From contig CAWJKZ010000013.1 in assembly GCA_963843575.1 (NCBI GenBank), positions 480,001 through 544,000 of the forward strand: DNA of 64,000 nucleotides, read 5' to 3'. The translations under genes and the position numbers were made by a program. This DNA comes from an uncultured Acidobacteriota bacterium (lineage in GTDB: Bacteria > Acidobacteriota > UBA6911). Positions 40,805-53,304 of this stretch are shown piece after piece. Numbering within the stretch: the first letter of the stretch is position 1; every line of letters starts with the position of its first letter. The notes beneath the pieces are model-generated. The model searched no databases and was not told the origin of the DNA. It worked only from the letters and a program-made list of their open reading frames with translations.

Positions 40805-42836
40805 TTATCGGCGTTTCTGTTTTCGGAGCGAGTCCTGGAGCTTGTCCAGTTTTTCCTTCACCTTTTGCGTTTCTTCGGGCTCGGTCCCGATATCGACGGA
40901 TTTCGTCCAGAACTCGACGGCCTTCTCGTAGTTCCCGGTCTTGTAGTACACGTCGCCGAGGTGGTCGTGGATCACGGGGTCGTTCTTCACCAGCTCCACG
41001 GCCCGCAGCAGGTACTCCTCGGCCTTGCCCAGGTCGTTCAGCTTGTAGAACGCCCAGCCGAGCGAATCCAGGTAGGCACCGTTGTTCGGGTCCAGGGCGA
41101 GCGCCTCCTCGACGTACTTAACCGCCTCCTGCAGGCGCACGCCGCGGTCGGCCAGCATGTAACCGATGTAGTTGAGCGCGGTGGCGTTCTTGGGGTTGGC
41201 CTTGAGCACTTCCTTGAAAAGCACCTCGGCCTTGTCGAAATCCTTCTGCCGTTCGTAGACGGTCGCCAGCTGGAATTTGAGGCGTTCGCTGTCGAGCTGT
41301 CTGTCCTCGGCGCGGCGCAGCACCTTTTCGGCTTCCGAGAAGCGCTTCCCCTGCAGGTACACCTGGCTGAGGTTCACGTAGATGTCGATGTTGGATGGGT
41401 CGGACTGGAGCATTTTGAGAAGGAGGTCCGCCCCCTCGCGGGTTTTTCCCGCGTCGGCCAGGGCGCGCGCGTACACGAGCCCTATGTTGACGTCCTTCGG
41501 GTTCTGCTCGTAGTACTGCTTCCCGACACTCAGGGCCTTGTCGAACTGCCGGTTCAGCCGGTAGGCGTTGATCAGCATGAAGACCAGCCCGGGCCGCGGT
41601 TCTTTCTGGCCCTGGAGCAGCTCCTCGTACAGGGCGATCGCCTTCTCGTGCTCACCCATGTCCTGGTAGACGGCGGCCAGATGCTGCTGGAAAACGGGCC
41701 GGTTCGCCTTCTGTTCGTCCGAGGCGTCGCTGTTTTCCAGCAGGTGCGAGAAAATGCGGGCGGCTTCCGGAGAGTTCCCGCCCTGCTCGTAGGCGGTTGC
41801 GAGGTAGAACTCGGCCTCCAAGTCGCCGCTCGAGTCCTCGAGCAGCGACTTGAACAGCTCGATCGCCTCGGGAAACTGGCGCGCGCCGATCTGCGCGCGG
41901 CCGAGCAGGATTTTTGCGTCGCGGTCGCCCGGCGCGGCCCCGGAGACTTCCTTGAGCATCTCTGCGGCATCGTCGTATTCCTCGGCGTCCACCATCGAGG
42001 TCGCCAGCTGCCGCTTGATTGCGGGATTGTCCCCCGTGAGCTCGAGGATCTTCCGGTATAGCGGGATGGCTTCCTTGCTGCGCTTGAGCCGCCCATAGAT
42101 CGTCGCGAGCATCATAAGGCTCTCGGGCGAGTCGGGTTGGCTCTTGAGGGCCTGCTTCAGGTACTCGATCGCCTTCTCGTTGTCCTTGGCGTCGCGCTCG
42201 TAGTATTTGGCGATGGCGACGTAGCCGGCGTCCATCGTGGGCGCGAGCGACTGGAACTTCTCGAAGGCCCTGATCGCCTTCTCCGGTTCGCCGAGCTCGA
42301 AGTAGGCGCCGCCCAGCGCGTAGTAAGCGCGTTCGTCCTCGGGAGCGGCATCGCGCATGGCCTCGAGCTCCTTGACGGCGTTGCCCAGCGCCTCGCGTGA
42401 GGCGGCCCGGTCGCGGCCCTGGGAGCGGAAATAAATGTTGGCCAGCAGCCAGTGCGGCTCGGGGGATTTCGGATCCATGCGCGCTGCCTCGCGCGCCTCC
42501 TCGACAGCCTCCTTCAGGTTACCGGCCTTTTCCAGTATGGTCGGCCAGTTCGACGCGCACGCCGCCGCTCGACTCGTTGTACTTCAGGGCGTTGCGCATT
42601 TCGGCGATGGCGCGCGTCAGATCGCCCTTGTCCTCGTACCACTTGGCCAGGGAGTAATAGTAGTAGCTCCGGCCGCGGTTCTGTGGTTCACCCCGGCGCA
42701 GTTCCCGATCGAGATCGATCGACTTGCTGCCGGCAACCGGTTTTTCCTGGGCGTGGAGGGCACCGGCAAACCAGCCCAGCACCATGACGAAGGTCAGCAG
42801 GGCGGGCCCGCTGAGGCGGAGGGAGCACTGTTTCAT
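40805..42836 (-). CDS. Exported tetratricopeptide repeat protein (apparent frameshift near 42540)
   Basis: Signal-like N-terminus in the 42519-42956 frame, many TPRs, NATALNYIGYMLAD and AYLDSLGW...HLGDVY typical of the TPR gene upstream of ispE. Confidence 0.85.
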
Positions 42837-43065
42837 AAGTGGATGGATTTCCTTGTCTCCAGAGAGTTTGTTCCCGTCACGAATTATGGCACACGCAAAA
42901 TGCAATTGCCATGGGCCGCACGGTCCTCGATGCGCTGCGCCGGGGTCGGCACCCATCGGCCGGCGTGAGCAAGTTCTGGCTCAACCGGAACGGGAGGCGG
43001 TTAGAGAGGGTGTTCACGGGCAGGCATCGCCAGCCCGCAGGGATCAACAGACTAGGAGGAAATCC

Positions 43066-43359
43066 ATGAACGCTCGCACAAAGACCCTGGCCTGGGTGCT
43101 GGTACTGTGCCTCGGCCTGGCACTCTCGCCCGCCGCCCTGGCCCAGAAGGGCAAAGTACAATCGACCGAGAAGGTAAACATCAACACGGCGACCGTCGAG
43201 CAACTGCAGACGCTCCCGGGGGTGGGACCGGCGATGGCCAAGAGCATCGTCGATTACCGCAGCAAGGTCGGCAAGTTCACCAAGACCGAGGAACTGATCA
43301 ACGTGAAAGGGATCGGCGAGAAGAAGTTTCAGAAGATGAAGGACCGGCTGATTCTCTAG
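43066..43359 (+). CDS. comEA: ComEA-family helix-hairpin-helix DNA-binding protein
   Basis: AGGAGG RBS, signal peptide, KVNINTAT..QLQTLPGVG and VKGIGEKKF. Confidence 0.9.
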   Translation: MNARTKTLAWVLVLCLGLALSPAALAQKGKVQSTEKVNINTATVEQLQTLPGVGPAMAKSIVDYRSKVGKFTKTEELINVKGIGEKKFQKMKDRLIL

Positions 43360-43373
43360 ACCACTGCGACGGA

Positions 43374-43408
43374 AGACGCGGCGCGGCGCAGAGCCGCGCC
43401 GGGCGTCT
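43374..43408. terminator. Hairpin between convergent comEA and truB
   Basis: AGACGC-GGCGCGGC-GCAGA-GCCGCGCC-GG-GCGTCT. Confidence 0.5.
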
Positions 43409-44325
43409 CACGCCGAGGCGAAGAGGATGCGGGGGTGCATCCGCACCCACTGCACCGGTTGGGCCACGGGGGACATGAACGTCTGGAGGCGTTCGCCGAC
43501 GGCCAGCAGGTCGCCCGTCTCGTCGACGAGCCGGTATTCGGCGGCCTGGAAGGCGGACGTGAGCAGGTTTAGATCCGAGCCGTGCAGCAGCCTGCCGCGG
43601 TCTCCCTGGGAGATCACGATGGCCGGCACTTCGCGCAGCAGTTCCCGCATCGGGATGACCCGGGCCAGGAAGAACTCCCGCGTGCGGAAGATCTCGCCCT
43701 CGGTCAGGCCGACGGCGGCCTCGATCGGGAACTCGCCGCTGCGCTCGCGGCGCAGCCGGACGAGGTGGGCTCCGCAGCCGTAGTCGCGCCCGACGTCGTG
43801 GGCAAGGCTTCGGGCGTAGGTTCCGGCGGCGCAGCCGAGCTCGAAGTCCACCTCCGACCCGTCGACGGAGACGATCTTGAGCGACTTGATCGTGACTTCC
43901 TTGGTGGCCGGCTCCAGCTCCACACCTTTGCGCGCATAAACGTACATCGGCTTGCCCTGTATTTTCTTGGCGGAGTAGGGCGGAAGGGTCTGGAGCACGG
44001 TCCCCAGGTAGCGGGCGAATATCTCCTCGACCCTCGCACGGTCAACCGAGGGTGCGGTGTCGTCGCCCGTGGGTTCGCCGTCGACGTCGAAGGTCGTCGT
44101 GGCGAAGCCGAAACGCATGACCCCGCGGTAGAGTTTGTCCGACGAGAGGAAATAGTTGGTCAGGCGGGTCGCGCGCCCGAGGGTCAGGGGCAGGACGCCC
44201 GTGGCGAACGGGTCCAGGGTGCCGGTGTGGCCGACTTTTTTGATTTTCGTGAGGTTGCGGATTTTTGCGACGACGTCGTGCGAAGTCCACCCCGCCGGCT
44301 TGTCGATGACCAGGACTCCGTCCAT
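43408..44325 (-). CDS. truB: tRNA pseudouridine(55) synthase
   Basis: DKPAGWTSHDVV, GHTGTLDPFATGVL and GTYARSLA. Confidence 0.96.
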   Translation of the reverse strand: MDGVLVIDKPAGWTSHDVVAKIRNLTKIKKVGHTGTLDPFATGVLPLTLGRATRLTNYFLSSDKLYRGVMRFGFATTTFDVDGEPTGDDTAPSVDRARVEEIFARYLGTVLQTLPPYSAKKIQGKPMYVYARKGVELEPATKEVTIKSLKIVSVDGSEVDFELGCAAGTYARSLAHDVGRDYGCGAHLVRLRRERSGEFPIEAAVGLTEGEIFRTREFFLARVIPMRELLREVPAIVISQGDRGRLLHGSDLNLLTSAFQAAEYRLVDETGDLLAVGERLQTFMSPVAQPVQWVRMHPRILFASA

Positions 44326-44329
44326 GGGC

Positions 44330-44677
44330 TCAGTGCTCCCTCAGCTTATCGATCAGGGAATCGATGTGCTCGCCGTATTCCTGTGATTTGTCGGCATGAA
44401 ACACGATTTCGGGCAGGAACTTCATCCGTATGCGCTGGCCGAGCTCGTGCCGGATCCAGCCTGCGGCGTGATTGAGGGCTTCGAGGCTGTCGTTCTTCTG
44501 CCGGTCGGTTCCCATGACCGAGACGAAAACCCGCGCGTGCCTCAGGTCCGGGCTCATGTCGACTCCGGTGATGGTCACGAGGCCGATGCGCGGATCCTTG
44601 ATGTTTCTGAACAGCATGAGGCTGATTTCCTGCTGGATCTGCAGGCCCAGCCTCTGTGGACGTCGGGATTGGGTCAT
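44330..44677 (-). CDS. rbfA: Ribosome-binding factor A
   Basis: KDPRIG.VTIT..MSPDLRHARV; position after infB. Confidence 0.95.
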   Translation of the reverse strand: MTQSRRPQRLGLQIQQEISLMLFRNIKDPRIGLVTITGVDMSPDLRHARVFVSVMGTDRQKNDSLEALNHAAGWIRHELGQRIRMKFLPEIVFHADKSQEYGEHIDSLIDKLREH

Positions 44678-44684
44678 GTGTGAT

Positions 44685-44972
44685 TCAGGGCTCGATGTAG
44701 GACACCTGGCAATCGATCAGCAGTTCCTCGAGGATGTTCTCGGCCTCGCGGACAAACTGCTGGGTGACGCGCTCCAGCACGGCGTTGTCGGCGCCCACCG
44801 TGACCGCCGCGAGCTTGGCGCGCTGCCAGAGGTCCTGGAACTCCACCTCGGCGATCGAAAAGTTGGTGCGCGCGCGCAGCCTGTCCTGCGCTTTCCGGAG
44901 CACCATCCGCTTTTCTTTCAGCGACTGAGAGAAAGGGAGAAACAGTTCCAGGGTGCAGTAGGCTATGGGCAT
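44685..44972 (-). CDS. DUF503 (YlxP-like) protein
   Basis: SLKEKR...NFSIAEV..QDLWQR; between infB and rbfA. Confidence 0.9.
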   Translation of the reverse strand: MPIAYCTLELFLPFSQSLKEKRMVLRKAQDRLRARTNFSIAEVEFQDLWQRAKLAAVTVGADNAVLERVTQQFVREAENILEELLIDCQVSYIEP

Positions 44973-45109
44973 TTGCGGAGCGCGGCCAAGTGGGCGGGGG
45001 CCGCCAGAGCCCCGCCGAGTTGAGCCACAGCCGGGCCAATTCGATCAATCGCACCGGCCGGTGCTGAGATCCGAGGGCCGCGTCTGGCCGCCGCGGCCCA
45101 CCTCGCTAA

Positions 45110-47828
45110 CTACAGGGTGGTGGGCTGCACTTTTTCTATCGTGTAGGCCTCGATGATGTCGCCCACCTTGACGTCCGAGAAGCGCTCGAACCCGATGCCG
45201 CACTCGAACCCCGACTTCACTTCCGAGACGTCGTCCTTGAACCGGCGCAGCGAGCCGATCTTGCCCTCGTGAATCACGACGTTGTCGCGCAGCAGCCGGA
45301 CCTCGGAGTTGCGGCGGATCATCCCGTCCAGGATGTACGAGCCGGCGACGAAGCCGAACTTCGGCACCTTGAACGTGTCGCGGACTTCGGCGCGGCCGAG
45401 GTACTTCTCGTGGGTGGTGTACTCGAGCATCCCGATCATCGCGTTCTTGATGTCGTTGGCCACGTTGTAGATGACGGTGTACAGCCGGATCTCGACTCCT
45501 TCGGCGTCCGCAAGGTCCTGCGCCTTGCGCTCTGGCCGGACGTTGAACCCGATGATGATGGCGTTGGAGGCGGACGCCAGCAGCACGTCGGTTTCGGTCA
45601 CCGCGCCCGCGCCGCTGTGCAGGATGCGCACCTTCACCTTGTCGGTGCTGAGCTTGTTGAGGACGTCGGTCAGGACCTCGACCGATCCCTGCACGTCGCA
45701 CTTGAGGATGAGCGGGAGCTCTTTGACGGTGCCTTCGCGCATCTGGTCGTACAGGGCCTGCAGCGAGAGCCGCGCGGAGGAGCGGAGCGACTTCTCCCTG
45801 GCCTTGGCCTGCCGGTATTCGGCGACCTGTCTCGCCTTGGTGGCATCTTCGAACACCTGGAAGACGTCGCCCGCGCGTGGGATATCCTGCAACCCGAGGA
45901 TTTCGGCCGGCACGGAAGGGCCGGCCTCGGCGATGTTCGCGCCCCTGTCGTTCATGAGGGCGCGCACCCTGCCGTGCACCGCGCCGGCGACCACCGGGTC
46001 TCCCACCTTGAGGGTCCCGGTCTGCACCAGGATTGTAGCGACCGGGCCGCGTCCCTTGTCGACCTTTGCTTCGAGCACGACACCCGCGGCGAGCCGCCGC
46101 GGATTGGCCTTCAGGTCGCGCATGTCGGCGACCAGCAGGATCATCTCGAGCAGCAGATCGATGTTGGACTTCTGCTTCGCCGAGACCGGAACCATGACGA
46201 CGTCGCCGCCCCAGTCCTCGGCCAGGAGACCCTGGTCGGACAGCGCCTGCTTCACCCTGTCGGGCTGGGCCCCGGCCTTGTCGATCTTGTTGATGGCGAC
46301 GAGGATCGGGACGTTGGCGGCCTTGGCGTGGTGGATGGCCTCGATCGTTTGCGGCATGACGCCGTCGTCGGCTGCCACCACGAGCACGACGATGTCGGTC
46401 GCCTGGGCGCCGCGGGCGCGCATCAGGGTGAAGGCCTCGTGACCCGGGGTGTCCAGGAACACGATGCTGCGCCCCTTGATATCGACCTTGTAGGCGCCGA
46501 TGTGCTGCGTGATGCCGCCCGCTTCCGTCTCGGTGACTTTGGAGCTGCGGATCGCGTCCAGGAGCGACGTCTTGCCGTGATCGACGTGGCCCATGATGGT
46601 CACGACCGGCGGGCGCGTCTGGTAGTCCTGCGGCCTGTCCACCACTTCCTGCTTGGCCTCGGCCTCTTGTTCGAAGCTGATGACCTCGGCACGGAAACCG
46701 AACTCCGCGCACACTTCCTTGGCCACGTCCAGGTCCAACGCCTGGTTGATGGAGGCCAGGATCCCCTTGCTGATGAGCTTCTGAATGATGTACTTCGACT
46801 TGATCTCCATCTTCTCCGCGAGCTCTTTCAGGGTCACCCCTTCGGTGATGGCGATCGGCTTGAAATCCTCGGGGGACGCGGGGGGACGCGGGAGTTCGAC
46901 GACCTTGGCGACCCGTTCCACGGGTGCCGCAGGACGGACTCCGGGCCTCTTCTTGCGGACCAGCCGCATCGGCGTGGCAACCCGGGCCCCGCCGGGCTTG
47001 ACGTCGCCCAGGGTCTTCAGGATGCGGTCGGTGACGCCGGGGCTGACCACTTTGTCCGCTGCGGTGCGCATGAGGATCTTGGTCTTGGTCTTCGGGATGA
47101 CGAACTTCTTGGTCCCGGGGTGCGCGGCGGCTCTCCGGGGCCTTCGGCGGTGCCTCCGCGGCCGGGGCAGGAGGCGGCGCCGGGGCGGAAGCCTCGGGTG
47201 CGGGCGGGGCAGCGGGTTGAGTCTCCGCGAGGTCGCTTCCACGACCTCCGCCGGGGCTTCGGGAGCAGCCCCGACAACCTCCGGTTCGGCCAGGGGCGCC
47301 TCAGGGGCGGCTGTGCCGGCCGTTTCGCCAAAGAACTCGCGCGCGGCCTCGACCGGGCTCAGCTCGGCGGGCTTCGGGGGAGCCGGCGGCGCCGGCTCGA
47401 CCAGTCCTGCGGCCTCACGGTCGTAGTGCTTGCGCCCCTTGCGCGGGGCCAGCGAGATCCTTGGGCTGTTCCTCCTCCGGCTTCCTGACCTCCACCGGCT
47501 TTTCCGGCTTGGCCACCTTGCGCCCCTTACGGGGCGCCGGGGCCGCCTCGACCGGGGCTTCCGTCGGCGCGGGCTTTTTGGCCGCCTTCTTTTCCCGCTC
47601 CAGCTTCTTGGCCGCTTCCGACTCTTTCTTCTTCTCGGCTTCGGCCTGGCGGGCTTCTTCGGCCTCGCGTTGCGACAGGATCTTCTTGCGGATCGTGTCC
47701 GCAAAACTGAGGTCGATCGTCGCGATTGGCGAGAACACGTACAGTCCGAGCCGTTTCAGCTCAGAAAGGACGACCTGGTTCGGCACCGAACACTCTGTCG
47801 CCAGTTCCGCGACTGTAATTTTATCCAT
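45110..47828 (-). CDS. infB: Translation initiation factor IF-2 (frameshifts in the Pro/Ala-rich N-terminal region)
   Basis: N-terminus MDKITVAELA in a separate frame; GHVDHGKT, EAGGITQHIGA, DTPGHEAF, NKID and SLRRFKDDV. Confidence 0.95.
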
Positions 47829-47930
47829 CTGCGATACTACCTCTGTCTCTGGGTACTGTCCGGCTCGGCGAGTCGGACGCAAACAGGAATCCTAAATCAA
47901 GATCCAGGGCGTTTGCAACCGGAGCGCGGT

Positions 47931-49476
47931 CTACTGCGGTCCGGCCTCTTTGTCCTGGTCGCCCGGCCCGGCAGCGGAATCCTCCTCAGGCGCCGTCTCC
48001 GGCGTCTGAGGCCCTGCCGGTGCTTCGGCGGCCTGGAGTTCCGGAGTCTCCTCTGCCGTGGTTGTAGCCTCACCCGCGGAGGCACTCTCGTCCGCGACGG
48101 TCTCGGCCGGCGCCTCGGCGGCGGGCTCCGCGCCCGCGGGCTGTTCCGCCTCCTGCTGCCCGGTCTCCGCCTCGATCGCGGTGGGGATGTCCATCCCTTC
48201 CGGGACCTCGATCTCCACTTCCTCGAACAGGTCGCGCGCGGATTCCATGATCTTCGCGGCCGTCTTGTCGCCCACACCCGGGATTTCCTTCAGCTTCTCC
48301 TCGCCCATCTCGAGAATGCGTTCGACGTTCTCGACCCCCGCCTCGCGCAGCTTTTCGATTATGCGCTCGCTGATCCCCTCCAGCTCGCTCAGCGAGGTCG
48401 ACGACGAGGTGAGCGACTCCATCACGCTCAGGACTTCCTGCTTCTTCTGCTCCTCGCTCTTGACGTCGATCTGCCAGCCGATCAGCTTCGAGGCGAGCCG
48501 CACGTTCTGGCCCTTCTTGCCGATGGCGAGCGACTGCTGCTTTTCCTCGACGATGACCTCCATCCGCTTCTCGATGGGGTCGATGATGAGCACCTTCGAG
48601 ATCTTCGCGGGGTTCAGCGCGTTGGCCGCGTAGTGCGCCGGGTCGTCCGACCACTGCACGATGTCGATCTTCTCGCCCCGGAGTTCCCGGATGATCGAGT
48701 TGATGCGCGATCCCTTCATGCCCACGCACGCTCCGACCGGATCCACGTCGCGGTCCGTCGACGCCACGGCGACCTTTGCCCTGTCGCCAGGCTCGTGGAC
48801 GGCGTTCTTCACGACGATCGTGCCGTCGTAAATCTCCGGGATCTCCATTTCGAACAGCCGGATCAGGATCTGCGGATCGGTGCGCGACAGGATGACCTGC
48901 GGCCCCTTGGCGACGGGCAGGACCTTGACGATGACGGCCCGGACGCGCTCGCCCTGCTTGTAGGTTTCGGCCCTCGACTGCTCACGCAACGGCAGAAGCG
49001 CTTCGGTCTTGCCGATATCGACGATGATGTCGGGACCCTCGAACCGTTTCACTACCCCGTTGACCATCTCGCCGATTTTCTGCGAGAAGTCGTTGTAGAT
49101 GTTCTGCCGCTCCGCTTCGCGCACTTTCTGCAGGATCACCTGCTTGGCCGTCTGGGCCGCGATCCTGCCGAGCACATCGGTCGGTTTGGGGATTTCGACG
49201 GTGTCGTCGACTTCCAGGGTGTCGTCGATCTCCTTGGCCTCGTCTATGGATATCTCGAGGTTGGGGTTCTCCACATTCTCCACCACGCGCTTCACAGCGA
49301 AGATCTCGACGGTTCCCGTGCCGGCATCAAAGCGGGCGTTGATCTCCTCGGTCGTCTTGTAGAACTTCCTGGATGCCGCCACCATGGCGTCTTCCAGGGC
49401 GCCGATGATGACCTTTGGGATCGATGTTTTTCTCTTTGCTGATTTGCTCGATCGTCTGGGTGATGATGTTGGACAT
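47931..49476 (-). CDS. nusA: Transcription termination factor NusA (apparent frameshift near 49414)
   Basis: MSNIITQTIEQISKEKNIDPK start, GRIAAQTAKQ, DPVGACVG and LAIGKKGQNVRLA. Confidence 0.95.
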
Positions 49477-49500
49477 AATTAAGAACCCCTGCCGCCTCTG

Positions 49501-49984
49501 CTAAATCTCAACCACGAGATTGGCCTTCTCGATATCGTTCACGGCGATTTCGACCGTCCTGCCCGGCGCGATCTTCGAGCCCGACCTGGCCGTTCCGTTC
49601 ACCCCGAGGATCGTGCCCCGGAACTTCTTCTGACCTTCCAGCACTGACCCGGGTGCGCATCTTGGCGCTCCTGCCCGAAAACCGCGCGAAATCCGCTTCC
49701 TTCACCAGCGGCCGATCCAGTCCCGGTGACGACACCTCCAGGACGTAGCTGAATGGAATCCAGTCCTCCACGTCCAAAAGAACCGAAAGGCGTTTGCTGA
49801 AACGCTCGCAGTCGTCTAGTGAAATACCGCCAGGTTGATCGATGAAAGCCCGCACGACGGAACGATTGCCCCCTCCCTTTATTTCAAGGAGGACAACCTC
49901 CATGCCCATTGAAGCGGCCACTTCCTCGGCAAGGGCCGTCACTCTGGCTTCGAGGGACCCGCGCCGATCGTCCGCGTCGGCCAT
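49501..49984 (-). CDS. rimP: Ribosome maturation factor RimP (apparent frameshift near 49645)
   Basis: GISLDDC and YVLEVSSPGLDRPL; C-terminal KANLVVEI* in another frame. Confidence 0.92.
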
Positions 49985-50002
49985 TTTCAGACCCCGCAAA
50001 AT

Positions 50003-50026
50003 AAAAAAGTGGGCAACCGCCCACTT
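50003..50026 (-). promoter_or_regulatory. rimP leader hairpin/attenuator
   Basis: AAGTGGGC-GGTT-GCCCACTT followed by a T-run just upstream of rimP, as commonly seen at rimP-nusA operons. Confidence 0.7.
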
Positions 50027-50212
50027 CTTTCAAAGCTAGCTGAGGAAGTATATCGAACGGAATCCGCTAAATATCAAGCAGGTGGGTACCGTGCTTCGGC
50101 CGACGGACGCTCCACGTGGGCTGCGTGCGCTCGTCGCGACTCCGATGGATCAGCCCAAGACGTCTTCGGGCTGAATGCCCGGACCTACTTATTCTCGGGC
50201 AGGGCGTCGCTA

Positions 50213-51718
50213 TCAGGGCAGCTGCCGAACGTTTCTCGGGCTCGCTATTTCTTGGCGGGCTGCCGGTGCCGGAGGCGCCGGGGGCTCCACGAAATCGGCT
50301 TCCGCCTTGTTCAGCTTCTCGAGGCTCTCCTTGTCGGCGACCTTCACGGCGGACTCGCCCTTGACCTGGGCGTACACCCCGTCCTTGGCTTCCTCGCCGA
50401 AGGCGCAGTCGACCTTTACGTCCGCGCCCTGCTTGAAGACGACCCGCACGACCGGGGCGTCGAGCCCGTACGTCGGCGGGAGCCGCCGGGATTGTCCACG
50501 AATTCCTTGACCGGCTTCTCCAGGGCGTCCAGGATGCCGTTCACGGCGTCCCACTTCGTCTTCTTCTTGGCCTCGCCGAGCACCCAGTCGCCGCCAGCCC
50601 GGACTTGGCGAAGGTGAACGTGCCCTTGGGATTGGTCAGGGCGATGAAGTCGATGTCCCAGCGCTGAAACGACGCCAAGCGCCTTGTCCCTGAGGTCGGA
50701 GGTGGATTTCAGCAGCTTGTCGACCAGGTCCTTTTCCACGAAAAACAGATCCTTGCGCGACTCGTCCCGGGCGACGTAAAGCGCCGCGGCGTCCGTGCTC
50801 GGCGGGTTTGCCCCCGCCTGTCCCGCCTTCTTATCCTCGGGGCTCGCGGGCTTTCGCGGCCTTTTCCCCTTTTTTCACCAGCTTCGATTTCTCCCGTCCG
50901 ACGATCAGGTGCCTGATGGCCTTGTCCTTACCGACCGTGAGCCGGACGTCGACCGTCGGCTTGTCGAATCCGAGATCGGCGTACTCGTCGGGGCTGCCGT
51001 CGAAGAACTCCTTGATCCGGGCCCCGGCCAGCGTGCTCAGCATACCGCTGACGGCGGAAGAGTCGGCGGCGAGCTTTTCCCTGCCCGTGAGCCACCAGCG
51101 CTCGTTCTCCTTGAGCGAGCTGAACGGGACCTTTCTCGCTCTGCAGGTCAAGGGACTGGGTCTCGAACTGCTCGAAGCTCAGGACGGAGTGGTTGCGGAG
51201 TTCGTCGACGGTCTTGTTGAAAGCTCGAGGCCAGGAAGTTGGCGACGAGCATGACCTCGTTCTTGCCTTCAACGGCCGCGTAGGTGGAGTTGCCTGTCGG
51301 GTTGTTGTTGCCGAAACGGATCTTGTAGTCCTTGCCGTCGTTTGTCTTGACCTGCAGGCTGACCTGGGGCGGATTCAGCCCGAAGCGGGACAGGTCCGCG
51401 GCGTTGGGCTCGACGACGCTCTCGCGGCTCACGTCGGCGGCCGAGCTGGCGATGCGGTTCAGCTCCTCCGAATCCGCGTCGAGCGTGCCGCGGCGCCGTA
51501 AGCTTCCACTCCTTGTCGCCGCTACGCACCGCGGTGACGTGCTGTGACGGGGTGATCAGATCGATCTGCCGGATCGTGCTGCTGTCGAATTTCCAGACCC
51601 GGTTTTCCTGCTGCTTCGCCTCTTCGCGTTTTGCCCCGCCCTTAATCTCATAGAAATAAACGTAGGCGCCCAGCGCAGCGCCGACCACGAGCAGCACCAG
51701 CGTACCGCGAAATCGCAT
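50213..51718 (-). CDS. DUF4340 domain-containing protein (multiple apparent frameshifts)
   Basis: MRFRGTLVLL TM anchor; repeated FGLNPP/LGFDKP/YGLDAP motifs across five ORF fragments; follows the GldG-like gene. Confidence 0.7.
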
Positions 51719-53304
51719 TTATCTCCTCCGCCGCGTCCAGACGACGATGCCCGCGACCAGGACGATGCCCGGAAGCAGGAAGACGGTGACCAGTCGCAGC
51801 ATGCTCTGCTGGCTCTGGGACATGATGACGCGCCTGTCCTCGGGGGCCTTGGGACGGATCGAGATCAGGTCCTCGTCCTGCGACAGCCACGACACCATGT
51901 TCAGGAACAGGTTTCCGTTCCCCTGCGCGGGGAAATAGGAATTGACGGCGAAATCGGAGTCTCCGACCACGACCATGCGGCCCTTGACCGCCGGATCCTT
52001 TTCGGTGGCGGGTTTGACGTCCTTCGAGACTGCCACCGCCAGCGTCAGCGGTCCCTTCAGGTCGGATTTCTCGTCGAAGCTCGCCTCCGGGTTCTTGGTG
52101 TCGGTCTCGCCCCAGCTGTTTTCGTTGCTCTTGAAGAGAGGCTCCACCGTGACACCCGCGACGGTCTCCTTGGCCGGCTCGATCGAGCGGACGAGTGGGA
52201 AGAAGGTCATGGCCCGGAACCGGTCGGTGATTTTGTGGTTTTCGTAACGCAACACGAGCGGGATACTCGGTCCCGCCCCCATCAGGCGTCCCGCACCGCT
52301 GACGTCGAGGACGATGTCGTTGCCGGGGACCACCCCCCAGTTCTTCAGGAACGATTCGAGGCCGGGTGCGGGCGGAGGGTCGAGCATGATCAGAAGGCCG
52401 CCGCCTGCGTTCACGAAGCCGTTGAGGAACTCCATTTCCTGTGGGAAACGGTTCGGTCGTCGGACCGGCGAGCACGAGCACCTTCGCGTCGGCCGGGTAC
52501 TTCCCCTGGGTGGCCAGGTTCACGGTCTCGACCTTGTAGCCCTGGTCTTCGAGCGCCTTTTGCGCGGCCGAGTAGCCGCCGCGCTCGGAGTCGGCCGGGT
52601 CTTTCTCTCCGTGTCCCTGGACGAAGTAGACCTTCTTCGCCTCGGAGCGCTGCACCTTGATCATGGCGTTGGTGAGGTCCTCTTCGCGCACCTCTTCGGA
52701 CCGCTTCTCGATTTTTTCCTTGCGGCCGTCGTACAGGAGCACGACGGTGCCGGACTTCAGCTGCGATCCGGTGAACGGGTTGCTGTAGGTGCCGTAGACC
52801 GTGACGTCGTATTGCTTGGCCACGTCCGGCTGCTTGTCGGGATCGATGAATTCGTAACGCACGCGGTGGTTGCGCGTCCGATAGCCGATCAGCAGCTCTT
52901 TGAGCGGCGCGTACTCGCCGCCCGGGAAAGAAGGCCTTGACGTCGAGGTCACGGTTGAGCTTGTCGAGGACCTGCAGCGTCTGGGGCGCGAGCGTGAAGC
53001 GGCCTGCGGCGGTCAGGTCGAAGCGTTTCGTGTGGCGCTGCCCGAGGTAGTTGACCGCGGCCACGATCGCGATGACCAGCACCACCGACACGATGTAGTT
53101 GGTCGCGTACTTCGTGGAGCGCCGGCCGAGGGTCTGCAGGATCTGCCGGTAATTGGCCACGATCCCGACTACGATCAGCACTGCACCGCCGACCGCCAGC
53201 CCAATCGTCCACCTGTCCCAAAGGTTGGTGACCGAATAGTAGATCGCTGCCGCCACGAGCAGCAACAGCCCGAGTGTGTCGAGCTTCTGGAGATATCTGT
53301 TCAT
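51719..53304 (-). CDS. GldG-like ABC transporter auxiliary component (apparent frameshifts near 52925 and 52440)
   Basis: RFDLT..RFTL, FIDPDKQP, YFVQGHGE, SWGETD, GDSDF and NLFLNMVSWL...ISIRPK. Confidence 0.85.

Noticed and set aside
42887-42904. Possible sigma54 promoter upstream of comEA (TGGCACACGCAAAATGCA)
   Set aside because: GG-to-GC spacing is 12 nt instead of the required 10; it fits only if an AC duplication is a sequencing error, which cannot be shown here
47100-48200. Low-complexity Pro/Ala/Glu-rich repeats
   Set aside because: Ordinary disordered linker and tail regions of IF-2 and NusA
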